A DNA stretch of 64,000 nt from Fidelibacterota bacterium (GTDB lineage Bacteria > Fidelibacterota > UBA2242 > JAOZSR01): the NCBI GenBank assembly GCA_029939575.1, contig JAOZSR010000006.1:4037-68036 (forward strand), written 5' to 3'. This document shows positions 20,333-29,354 of this stretch, piece by piece. Each line of letters begins with the position of its first letter. Position 1 is the first letter of the stretch. A program made the position numbers and the translations under genes. Under the pieces are notes generated by a model. It worked only from the letters and a program-made list of their open reading frames with translations, ran no database searches and had not been told where the DNA came from.

Positions 20333-20959
20333 TTAAAATAGGTTAATTTCCATTCCAAATTTAACTGTTGACCATTGGATTGTGCTTTGAAATGGAGCAT
20401 TGTCACCCGGATACATTTCAACGGCTCTGAATGAGCAATACACAGAAAATAGGTTCATCAGGTTGATCCCTGTTTTATAACGCGCTGCAAATCCCATACT
20501 TGTGAAAGATTCCTTTTCATCTTGCAAATGGATCCCAAAATCCAATCCTCCATCCATTATAATAAATTTTGGCAAACGCCATATTCGCGCCAGGTCTAAT
20601 TCTGAATAGACAAAAATAGGAGTACCTACCAGATCTTTTAATTTTTCTTTGGCTTTAAATGTATAATGACCCGATTCAACTCCCAGATTCATCACGAAAT
20701 TATCATTATTAAAAATATTATTAATACCCAGGTAATATGAAACCGAGGAGCCGTTATTCCAAAAATGTTTCATATTATAACTGATAGCAGGAATAAATCC
20801 CGTATCAATACCGAGTGTTAATTTTTTAATTTTTACCTGTTTTTCAACAATTTTTAAGGAAGTTATAGCATCTTCCGGCAGACCAGTATTTATTTGAGCC
20901 TGGGTGTAATTAATGAAAAACAGCATAATTATTATAGAAAGGGGGAAATGTTTTTTCAT
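20333..20959 (-). CDS. small outer-membrane beta-barrel protein (OmpW/OmpA-membrane-like), putative
   Basis: Signal peptide MKKHFPLSIIIMLFFINYTQAQ. 208 aa with alternating aromatic and hydrophilic strands and a C-terminal aromatic residue. Confidence 0.35.
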   Translation of the reverse strand: MKKHFPLSIIIMLFFINYTQAQINTGLPEDAITSLKIVEKQVKIKKLTLGIDTGFIPAISYNMKHFWNNGSSVSYYLGINNIFNNDNFVMNLGVESGHYTFKAKEKLKDLVGTPIFVYSELDLARIWRLPKFIIMDGGLDFGIHLQDEKESFTSMGFAARYKTGINLMNLFSVYCSFRAVEMYPGDNAPFQSTIQWSTVKFGMEINLF

Positions 20960-21246
20960 AGACAGTCGCTTATTAATGAGGAGTTATTTTTTATTTCAAA
21001 TACTTTCAAAGAGTTAATTCAATATATTTATTCTTATTTAAACTGTCAACATAATATTGCTATAGAATATAAACCGCGAGTTTTGGAAATAATCCGGGTA
21101 ACGCCAGAGCATTAATTTCAAAAAGATTATACAGGCAGTTGATAGGTTTAGATAGTATGATTTAATAAAAAATAAAAATAAGGTTGAATTATTGATATGA
21201 ATGTAATAAAATCTACATGTAGTACAATATAAAGGAGATTTGTAAA

Positions 21247-21597
21247 ATGAAAAATAGCAAAAATGATATTTCTTTCGATAAATGGGATATTGTTCTCGTC
21301 ACTTTTCCTATGCCCGGCCAGATGAAAAAAAGACCGGCACTTATTATTTCCCCGGCTTCCTATAATCAAAATAATGACATTGTAATTGTAAATATTACAA
21401 GTAATCTTTCTGTTAATAAATTGTATGGAGATTATATGATTTGGGAATGGCAAAAAGCAAAATTACCTAAGCCTTCAATGATTAGAATGAATTTTGCTAC
21501 TGTTAATAGACGAAGGTTGGAACCTTTTGGAAAATTGAACGAAAAAGATGTTGAGGAATTTGGGAAGAACCTTAAACATTTTTTTAATTTAGATTAA
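21247..21597 (+). CDS. PemK/MazF-like type II toxin (copy 1)
   Basis: DKWDIVLVTFP…KKRPALIISP…VIVNITSN… matches the Kid/PemK/MazF fold pattern (GDIv.v.fp...krPalVls....N...vivvpiTs). Confidence 0.6.
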   Translation: MKNSKNDISFDKWDIVLVTFPMPGQMKKRPALIISPASYNQNNDIVIVNITSNLSVNKLYGDYMIWEWQKAKLPKPSMIRMNFATVNRRRLEPFGKLNEKDVEEFGKNLKHFFNLD

Positions 21598-21615
21598 AAA
21601 ATATTGGAGGATGGA

Positions 21616-21858
21616 ATGGGAGTAATGAGTATAAGACTTGATGACCAGAAGAAAAAATCTTTGAAAGTTATTGCATCAATAGAAGGTAAAACCATCGGAG
21701 GGTTAGTCGGTGAATTAATTGATGGATATATTGAAAAGAATAAAATTAAAATCAATAATATTGTCAAAAGTGATCATTTAGAGGATATAATCAAAATTTC
21801 AGAAGCATCATTTTTAGAATGGGATAATGAAGAAGATGAAATCTATAACGAATTATAA
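21616..21858 (+). CDS. ribbon-helix-helix (CopG/MazE-like) antitoxin
   Basis: MSIRLDDQKKKSLKVIASIEGKTIGGLVGELIDGYI forms a beta-strand plus two helices in the RHH pattern, followed by an acidic C-terminal tail (EWDNEEDEIYNEL). GGAGG lies 6 nt upstream; the track ORF begins at 21604. Its end overlaps the start of the second toxin. Confidence 0.55.
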   Translation: MGVMSIRLDDQKKKSLKVIASIEGKTIGGLVGELIDGYIEKNKIKINNIVKSDHLEDIIKISEASFLEWDNEEDEIYNEL

Positions 21859-22156
21859 AAAATGGGACATTGTTCTTGTAAATTTTCCATTTACAAAAAA
21901 TAATAGTCAAAGCAAAAGACCTGCTTTGATCATTTCACCTCAGGAATATAACCAGGCTGGGCAGGTAGTAATTTTATTTATTACCAGTAATATTAAAAAT
22001 GGCGGAGGAATTTCCATTAAGGAATGGAAAGAAGCCGGGTTGGCTAAACCCGCGATTATAAAGATGAAATTTGCTACAATTAATTTAGCAATAATACTTA
22101 AAAAATTAGGCAGACTTACCGATAATGATATTAATGAAATACAGCGAATACTGTAG
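21827..22156 (+). CDS. PemK/MazF-like type II toxin (copy 2)
   Basis: KKWDIVLVNFPF…SKRPALIISP…VVILFITSN… is a paralog of copy 1. Confidence 0.6.
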   Translation: MKKMKSITNYKKWDIVLVNFPFTKNNSQSKRPALIISPQEYNQAGQVVILFITSNIKNGGGISIKEWKEAGLAKPAIIKMKFATINLAIILKKLGRLTDNDINEIQRIL

Positions 22157-22201
22157 ATTAAAATATTTTATTATTTAGTTTGGAAGTAAAGGTGATGGAA
22201 C

Positions 22202-25200
22202 ATGAAGGCATATAACATTAAAAAAAACATAGTGTTATTTTTAATTTTATTTTTAATATCATTTGCAAACGGGCAATATGGAAAAAATAAAGTTTGCTAT
22301 GACGAATTTGACTGGAATTATATTCAAACAGAGCATCTGGATATATTTTTTTATGAAGGTGGTGAAGAGTTAGCAAAGTTTGCAGCACCAATTGCGGAAA
22401 GACAATTTAAACGGATTCAGAATGTTTTAAAATGGGAAGTAAATAAGCGAACAGCCTTATTGATTTACAATTCTCATAATGATTTTCAGCAGACTAATGT
22501 TACTTTGAGTTATATGACAGAGGGAATAGGTGGGTTTACAGAACTTTTTAAAAATAGAGCGGTAGTTGCTTTTGAGGGAGATTATCATGGCTTTTGGCAT
22601 GTAATAAAACATGAATTGGTACATGTTGTTGTAAATGATATGGTTTATGGTGGTAATATTCAAAGTGTTATTTCAGGGCGAGTGCAATTAAACATACCTT
22701 TATGGATGAATGAAGGTTTGGCTGAATATTTGTCATGGAATTGGGATACACATGCCGACCTTATGCTTCGTGATATAGCCATGAGCAATAATATTCCTGA
22801 TATCAAATATTTGGATTATTATATGGCATATAAAGGTGGTCAATCTGTTTACCAGTTTATTTCGCAGAAATATGGTGAAGAAAAAATTGGAGAAATATGG
22901 CGCACTATAAAAAGTAAAAAAAATGTTGATAAAGGTTTTGAAGCATGTATTGGTATGGATACTGAGGAATTATCAGAAGAATGGCATAAATGGCTAAGAC
23001 GTGAATATTGGCCGGAAGTTGCTGATAGGGATGAACTGGAAAGTATTGCCATTCGTATTACCGACCATAAAAAATTAAAAAATCATTTTAATACTGCTCC
23101 GGCTATTTCTCCAAACGGAGAAAAAATTGCATTTATTTCCGATAGGAATGGATATGCAGATATTTATCTTGCTTCAGCCCGAGATGGTGAAATTTTAAAA
23201 AGAGTTGTTCGTGGTCAAAAATCTCCTGATTTGGAAGAGATAAAATGGCTAAATCCAAGATTAAGTTGGTCTCCGGATGGGAAAGAACTTGTATTAGCGA
23301 CAAAAAGTGGAAATACAGATGCACTCATAATGGTTAATGTGGAAACAGGAGATATAAAGAAAAAAACATTTGATAATTTAGAAGAAATTTTTTCTGCAGC
23401 CTGGTCACCAGAGGGAGATAAAATAGCATTTATCGGATTGAAACAATATTATACAGATGTTTATTGTTATCATATTAAAGAAGATCGATTGGAACAATTT
23501 ACTGATGATATTTTTTCGGATTTTGAGCCTTCATGGTCACCTGACGGGTCAAAAATAATTTTTTCTTCTCAAAGAGGATGTGATGGTGAAATTAAAAAAT
23601 TTAAATTATCAAAAGATATTTCTAGGATTAACTATCATCAAAAGGATTTGTTTATTTTAGATTCAGAGTCAAAAGAAATCCATAGGGTAACAAATAGTCC
23701 TTACGAAGAAGATAGCCCGATCTGGATGAAACAAAAAAACGAAATATTATTTTGCTCTGATGAAAGCGGGATCACAAATTTTTATACATTAAACTTAGAA
23801 ACTAATAAACTTACAGCATTGTCAAATGTCCTTACTGGCGCATTTCAACCATCAATGAACTATGATGATACAAGGCTGGTTTTTGCCGGGTACTCAGATC
23901 AGGGATGGGATATTTATTCAATCAGTAATCCGATGGGTAGAAGCAGTGATTCTTTGATTATTGCCCCTACGGGATTTGTTTCCAAGCGGCCAAAAGTATG
24001 GGAACAGTGGGCAGAAAAAGGAGAATTAGAAATCAAGAAAGATGAAAAATTTTCTGTTACACGGAAAATTGAAGAGGAAAAATCCTATTCAAATTATATT
24101 TTTGCACCTGGATATGATGAATGGAAAGAGTCCAATGAAAGTCCCTATGATTCGGAAAAAGATTTAGTTGAAAAATTGGATTCTGTTAATTATCAAACAA
24201 AAGAGGGCGAATTTGTTGTAAATGAATATAAAACCAAGTTGTCTCTTGATTTGGTCGATAATCGGGCCGGATATAGTACTTTTTGGGGTTTTCAGGGAAC
24301 GACTGTTTTTTCTTTTAGTGATGTTTTAGGTAATCATCGTATTTTGTTTGGAACTGAAATGTATCTTGATTTGGAAAATAGTGACTATTATCTCAGTTAT
24401 CAATATTTAACAAATAAAACTAATATTTATTTTTCAGCTTTTCACTCTGCTAATTTTTATTCTTCTGGATATTATTCCATGTGGCGGTTAAGAAATTATG
24501 GAGCAAGTACATCATTTTCGCGACCTTTATCCAAATTTACAAGGCTGGAATATGGTTTAACTCTGTACAATGTTGAGCAAAATTTAATTGATATTTTAAC
24601 TAGTCAAACTCTTCAAGAGACCAAAATTCACACAATTTTGCCACAGGCTTCCTGGGTTTTTGATAACACTCTTTGGGCATATTTTTATCCTATTGATGGC
24701 TGGCGAGCCAGAGCTGATCTTACTGGTAGTCCAAGGTATAATAAAAACAGTCTGGAATTTGTATCATTAAATCTAGATTTTCGTCGCTATTTTAAACTAA
24801 ACAGGGAATATTCCTTTGCTTTACGTTTCAGTGGTGGAATAAGTGAAGGTAAGAATGCTCAGCGTTTTTTCCTGGGTGGAGAAACAAATTGGATAAATCA
24901 AAAATTTAAACATTATCATAATTTTAGTAATGCAGAAGATATTTATTTTTCTCGGTTTATAACCCCTTTGCGAGGAGCCAGGTATTATGAAAGAGAAGGA
25001 ACAAGGTATTTTCTGACTAACTTTGAATTCCGTTATCCCTTTATAAAATATCTCCAGTTGGGTTGGCCAATTCCACTTATAACCGGTGGAATTCAAGGAG
25101 TTACTTTCCTTGATATTGGTTCAGCCTGGCATGATAGTAATTTTCATCCTTTTACCAGAACAGCCGGTAATGATTTAATTATGGATGACCTGGTTGGAGG

Positions 25201-25324
25201 ATATGGATTCGGAACCAGACTATTTTTTGGATATTTTTTATTAAAAATAGATATTGCCTGGAGATTTGATCTGCATACAATACATGATCCGCAATATTAT
25301 TTTTCACTGGGTATGGATTTCTAG
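22202..25324 (+). CDS. three-module outer-membrane protein: N-terminal HExxH domain, TolB-like PD40 beta-propeller, C-terminal Omp85/BamA-type beta-barrel
   Basis: Signal peptide. HELVHVV motif in the N-terminal domain. PD40 repeats (ISPNGEKIAFISDRNG…, WSPDGKELVLAT…, AWSPEGDKIAFIG, SWSPDGSKIIFSS). C-terminal surface-antigen barrel (…GGIQGVTFLDIGSAW…GYGFGTRLFFGYFLLKIDIAWRFD). Confidence 0.6.
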   Translation: MKAYNIKKNIVLFLILFLISFANGQYGKNKVCYDEFDWNYIQTEHLDIFFYEGGEELAKFAAPIAERQFKRIQNVLKWEVNKRTALLIYNSHNDFQQTNVTLSYMTEGIGGFTELFKNRAVVAFEGDYHGFWHVIKHELVHVVVNDMVYGGNIQSVISGRVQLNIPLWMNEGLAEYLSWNWDTHADLMLRDIAMSNNIPDIKYLDYYMAYKGGQSVYQFISQKYGEEKIGEIWRTIKSKKNVDKGFEACIGMDTEELSEEWHKWLRREYWPEVADRDELESIAIRITDHKKLKNHFNTAPAISPNGEKIAFISDRNGYADIYLASARDGEILKRVVRGQKSPDLEEIKWLNPRLSWSPDGKELVLATKSGNTDALIMVNVETGDIKKKTFDNLEEIFSAAWSPEGDKIAFIGLKQYYTDVYCYHIKEDRLEQFTDDIFSDFEPSWSPDGSKIIFSSQRGCDGEIKKFKLSKDISRINYHQKDLFILDSESKEIHRVTNSPYEEDSPIWMKQKNEILFCSDESGITNFYTLNLETNKLTALSNVLTGAFQPSMNYDDTRLVFAGYSDQGWDIYSISNPMGRSSDSLIIAPTGFVSKRPKVWEQWAEKGELEIKKDEKFSVTRKIEEEKSYSNYIFAPGYDEWKESNESPYDSEKDLVEKLDSVNYQTKEGEFVVNEYKTKLSLDLVDNRAGYSTFWGFQGTTVFSFSDVLGNHRILFGTEMYLDLENSDYYLSYQYLTNKTNIYFSAFHSANFYSSGYYSMWRLRNYGASTSFSRPLSKFTRLEYGLTLYNVEQNLIDILTSQTLQETKIHTILPQASWVFDNTLWAYFYPIDGWRARADLTGSPRYNKNSLEFVSLNLDFRRYFKLNREYSFALRFSGGISEGKNAQRFFLGGETNWINQKFKHYHNFSNAEDIYFSRFITPLRGARYYEREGTRYFLTNFEFRYPFIKYLQLGWPIPLITGGIQGVTFLDIGSAWHDSNFHPFTRTAGNDLIMDDLVGGYGFGTRLFFGYFLLKIDIAWRFDLHTIHDPQYYFSLGMDF

Positions 25325-25370
25325 AAGATATGTTTTCTGATAATACATGAATGTAAATGATAAAAAAAAT

Positions 25371-25407
25371 GTTCCACATATGAGGGAACATTTTTTTTAA
25401 GTTTGTT
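25371..25407. terminator. bidirectional rho-independent terminator (A7-ATGTTCC-N9-GGAACAT-T7) between convergent genes
   Basis: Seen in the sequence: a 7-bp stem flanked by an A-run and a T-run. Confidence 0.6.
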
Positions 25408-25449
25408 TTGTTACCACATAAAATATCCCGTGGTCTGTTTAGACGTATT

Positions 25450-26046
25450 TTATTCCTGAATCAGAGTTTCGACTTCCTGGGCTTTTGAGCGTCTTCCGGC
25501 ACGGATATAGCGTCCGATTGATTCTTCGAAGTATTCATTAGCCTTTTCTATGTTTCCTTTAGTTCTTTGTTCAATACCGGCTTCTTTCAAATACATTGCT
25601 GATTCTTCCCACCGACCTTCTTTTTTAAGTGTTTCAGCCAAATTTTCCAGGTTTGGTTGTTCTTTTGAAACTTCCATTTTTTCACCAGACAGGGCATTTT
25701 TCAGGGTTGGAATGAGTTTTTCATAAATTGCTGATTTGGTATGGATATCATAGGCTCCGGCTGAAAGATAATCATCTCTGACCTGGATAGATAATTCTCC
25801 AGTCAAGCCTATTACGGGAACATTTGGTTTTAATTGTTTCATTAGTTTTAAAACTTTTAATCCATCCATACCTGGTAAATTGTGATCTAAAATAACGGCA
25901 TTATAATCATTTGTTTTGAATAATTCCAGAGCTTTTTCACCATCTACTGCTTCATCTGTTGAGAATTCTTCTGAACCCAGATATTCAATCAAAGCATCTC
26001 TTAACAGTGCTTTATCATCGACTAATAATATTTTCTGTTTTTCCAT
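25450..26046 (-). CDS. stand-alone response-regulator receiver (CheY-like) with helical C-terminal extension
   Basis: REC motifs LLVDD…ILDHNLPGMDG…GLTG…HTK. Confidence 0.75.
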   Translation of the reverse strand: MEKQKILLVDDKALLRDALIEYLGSEEFSTDEAVDGEKALELFKTNDYNAVILDHNLPGMDGLKVLKLMKQLKPNVPVIGLTGELSIQVRDDYLSAGAYDIHTKSAIYEKLIPTLKNALSGEKMEVSKEQPNLENLAETLKKEGRWEESAMYLKEAGIEQRTKGNIEKANEYFEESIGRYIRAGRRSKAQEVETLIQE

Positions 26047-26060
26047 AATTGTCCTTTCGC

Positions 26061-27266
26061 TTATAATTTAAATTTTATTTTAAAAGTTGTCCCTTTACCA
26101 ACCTTGCTTTCTGCTTTTATAGTACCCTCATGGTTTTCAATAACTTTTTTACAGATCATCAGACCCAGGCCGGTTCCCTGCTTTCCCTGCCATTTTGTAT
26201 AATCCGGCCGCCAAATTTTTTCAAGATTTTCAGGAGAAATACCACAACCTGAATCGCTAATTTCTAAATTGGCATATCCATTTTCATAATTTGTTACCGT
26301 AGATAGTGTTCCTTTTCCATCCATTGATTTATAGGCATTTTCAATAATATTGATAAAAACCCTGAAAAGATCTTCTTTGCTGGCAGACATTTTCAAAGAT
26401 GTTTCTGTATATTTTTCATTTATTATTACTTCTGGATTTTCCTGGACTCTTGAGTCCATATAAAGATGAATTGCGGTTTTAAGTAAATTATTTAAGTCTA
26501 CTTCTTCTTTATGTGTTTTTTCAAGGTCTATAGCAGATCCGAGTTCTTTTAGTTTTTTCCCTAATTCTTTAAAAAAATCCATTAGTGTTATTATACTTTT
26601 ACCTTTTTCAATTGTATCAGTAGCAAGATTCGAGATAAGTTTTTTGTTTTCTTCCAGTTCTTGTTTAATACTTTCAGATATACTTGCTTCTGGAATAATT
26701 GAATAAAGATTATCAGTTTCATTTTTTATTTTTTCGACTTTTTTATTTAGCATCTGGAGTCGAAGCATCAATGAAGCATAATAACTGCCAGACATGTCAT
26801 GACCAATACTCTTTACAATTAACTGGCTTTCCTGGATGGCTTGTTTTCTTTCTTCATTGAGTTTTTCATTTCTCAATCTCTCATTTTGCCATTCGAATCC
26901 TTTTTCAATTCTTTCGAAAAACAGATCAGTATATTCTACAACTACATGTTTTTGAATAAAATCTTTCGCACCAAGACGCAATGAATCTACAGCATTTTCT
27001 ATGGTAATTTCACCGGTTAATACTATAACATAATTTTTCCCCATCAGCTTTTGGGTTTCCATTTGTCGTAAAAAATCGAGGCCCGACATGTTCGGCATTT
27101 TCAAATCAAGAAGGATGACCCGGAAGTTTTTATCCTTAAGAGTATTCAGCCCCTCTGCTGGATCAGTAAAGTATTCTGAAGTCCAACCATTTTCATCGAG
27201 CATTTCCTGAATACTCATACAAAAAGGTTCACTGTCGTCAACTAATAAAAGGTCTTTGTAAAACAT
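26061..27266 (-). CDS. receiver-modulated histidine kinase (N-terminal REC plus HisKA/HATPase_c)
   Basis: REC (LLVDD…LLDLKMP…VLTGE…AKDF), H-box SIGHDMSGS, N-box NIIENAYKS, G-boxes ISDSGCGI and GTGLGLMICKKVI. Confidence 0.8.
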   Translation of the reverse strand: MFYKDLLLVDDSEPFCMSIQEMLDENGWTSEYFTDPAEGLNTLKDKNFRVILLDLKMPNMSGLDFLRQMETQKLMGKNYVIVLTGEITIENAVDSLRLGAKDFIQKHVVVEYTDLFFERIEKGFEWQNERLRNEKLNEERKQAIQESQLIVKSIGHDMSGSYYASLMLRLQMLNKKVEKIKNETDNLYSIIPEASISESIKQELEENKKLISNLATDTIEKGKSIITLMDFFKELGKKLKELGSAIDLEKTHKEEVDLNNLLKTAIHLYMDSRVQENPEVIINEKYTETSLKMSASKEDLFRVFINIIENAYKSMDGKGTLSTVTNYENGYANLEISDSGCGISPENLEKIWRPDYTKWQGKQGTGLGLMICKKVIENHEGTIKAESKVGKGTTFKIKFKL

Positions 27267-29072
27267 TTAATATCTTTCTAAAGGTAATTCCAGCACAACA
27301 CGAGAAAACGAATCGCTTTCATTAAATTTGATATCGCCCTGATAACTGGATGTGATTATTTCATTTATTACTTCTAAGGAAAATTGATTTGGACTATAGT
27401 CTTTACTATCCCCCAACATATTTTCCACAGATTTACTTGATATTTTTACTCCATCTTTATTATTTATACCAATGATATTGGTTACAAGCAATTTATCTGG
27501 AGTAATTCTGACATTAATTTGAATTGTGGAACCATAATGTTCGAATCTGGAAATTATCAAAGAAATTAAGGATATTAAAACTTCTATAATTTCATTTGGA
27601 TCTACTGAAATTTCCGGTAATTGATTTTCATTTTCTTTGTCCCTCTTGATATTTATTTTTTTTGCAGTAAAATCGCTGGTTAAAAATAGCATACTTTCAT
27701 CTAATAATTCCTTCCAGGTTCTTTTTACATGAATAAATCCAGCCCGGGTTGAGAATTCCTGTAATACACGCACTTCACCTGCTACTTGCTGGAGGTTTGT
27801 TTTAATCATTAAAAGACGCTCAATTAAATTTTCTTTTGGAATATCTTTATTTTTTTTACTTTTTTGAATAATGTTGTTTATCCCTAACTGTGCCTCTGTA
27901 AGAGGATTTACTACATCATTAGGTATTCTCATAGCAAGGGTACCAAGTGCTGTTAGCCGTTGTCTTTTCATGGTTTTAACAGCACTGAGTTTCATTGTGT
28001 CAACATAATCTACATTTTCTATTGCTACTGAAATCATATCAGATAATATTCTAAGGTAATGCTCGTCATTTTTGGTAAAATATTTTCCGGTATCAGTATT
28101 TGAAATTTTGTTGTATAGTTTGATTGCACCTACTGTAGTTTTTTTAATTTTTATCGGCATTCCCATAAATGTCAAACGGTCGCCAAATTTTAAATGGCTT
28201 TTAATAGCATTTCTGTATTTACCTTTATATTCCGGTAAAAGCAGAACGTTTTTTGAACGAATAGTTCTATTTTCTTTAACAATAGTTCCGGTAAGCCCTT
28301 CACCGACAGTATGGCTGGCGACATTAATTAATTCTTTCGGTATGCCGTAACCACCAATCAAAATCAAACTGTTTTTGTCCTCTTTTTTCCTGAGATAAAT
28401 TTCACAGGTTTCTGATGAAATGGTTTTGGCGGTATTTTCAGCAACAAAATCTAATAAGTCTTTTATATCTGTGAAAGATAGAATCTGAGTTCCAACATTC
28501 ATTAAAAGTTCAAGATAGTTGGTTTTTCTTTTTTCTTTTTTTAATAGTTCGGCATTTTCAATCGCCATAGCAACCAAACGGGAAATTAGGAGGAATACAT
28601 CTAAATCTGATTTGTTAAAATTATGTAAATCAGAAGCGCTTCTCATTAATCCAATAAATTTTCCGTTTTGAGATTTCATAGGTACTGCCATAAAGGATTT
28701 TGCTTTATTTTGGTTAGACTCGCTGAATTTGCCCTTCCACTCAAGCTGAACATCCAGACTTTTGAGATCTTCATTTGTTTTTTTATCCAGATCACGAATT
28801 AATAGAGGTTCCTGATTATTAAATACCCATCCGGTTAATCCCTCATTTCTTTTGTAGGTGACTTCCCGTGATTTGTTTGAAGATAATCCACTGGTTCTGG
28901 CTAATTTGAGAATATCATCTCCTTCATCATAAAGAAATACAGAACAGCCTTTCCAGTTAAAAACTGAAGGAATGATTTCTACGCTTTTTTCTAGAATACT
29001 ATCAAGAGAGCGGGCGCTGAAAACAGATAGTACTTCCAGAAGTTGTTCATTATTTAATGTGCTTAGTTTCAC
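27267..29072 (-). CDS. two-GAF-domain sensor with a degenerate histidine-kinase-like C-terminus (putative pseudokinase)
   Basis: Two GAF-like blocks (…GLTGWVF…, …GEGLTGTIV…). The H-box position reads AMRIPNDVVNPLT, with His replaced by Asn. The C-terminal region has no N, G1 or G2 ATP-binding motifs. Confidence 0.5.
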   Translation of the reverse strand: MKLSTLNNEQLLEVLSVFSARSLDSILEKSVEIIPSVFNWKGCSVFLYDEGDDILKLARTSGLSSNKSREVTYKRNEGLTGWVFNNQEPLLIRDLDKKTNEDLKSLDVQLEWKGKFSESNQNKAKSFMAVPMKSQNGKFIGLMRSASDLHNFNKSDLDVFLLISRLVAMAIENAELLKKEKRKTNYLELLMNVGTQILSFTDIKDLLDFVAENTAKTISSETCEIYLRKKEDKNSLILIGGYGIPKELINVASHTVGEGLTGTIVKENRTIRSKNVLLLPEYKGKYRNAIKSHLKFGDRLTFMGMPIKIKKTTVGAIKLYNKISNTDTGKYFTKNDEHYLRILSDMISVAIENVDYVDTMKLSAVKTMKRQRLTALGTLAMRIPNDVVNPLTEAQLGINNIIQKSKKNKDIPKENLIERLLMIKTNLQQVAGEVRVLQEFSTRAGFIHVKRTWKELLDESMLFLTSDFTAKKINIKRDKENENQLPEISVDPNEIIEVLISLISLIISRFEHYGSTIQINVRITPDKLLVTNIIGINNKDGVKISSKSVENMLGDSKDYSPNQFSLEVINEIITSSYQGDIKFNESDSFSRVVLELPLERY

Positions 29073-29354
29073 TCAGGGATCCTTTTTGTTTATTTTACTT
29101 GATTACATTTTTTTTCACCCTTTAAATATAATTAAAAACCAGTTAAGATTTCAAGAAGTGTTCTAAATATAATAAAAAAAAACAAATTAAAATAAAATAT
29201 TAATATTTACCTGAATTTTAGAGGAGAAGTATAAATATTGAGAAAAAAATATTTTATAACTACTTGATAATTATTAAATAAAAATTTACTTTACTATTGA
29301 CAGTGTAATAATAGATACTTAATTTTTATAGTCTGTGAAAATTGGAGTTAGTGA

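Noticed and set aside
20894-21115. Plus-strand 73-aa ORF upstream of the toxin, considered as a possible missing antitoxin
   Set aside because: It overlaps the 5' end of the minus-strand OM protein gene, has no RHH/AbrB-like pattern, and ends about 130 bp before the toxin.
21148-21453. Minus-strand 101-aa ORF overlapping the first MazF-like toxin
   Set aside because: It overlaps a well-supported plus-strand gene, has no RBS or motif, and its AT-rich composition alone generates ORFs of this size.
29298-29332. TTGACA followed by TATAGT upstream of yicC as a sigma-70 promoter
   Set aside because: The spacing between the two hexamers is about 23 bp, too long for a canonical promoter. It was therefore not annotated as a feature.
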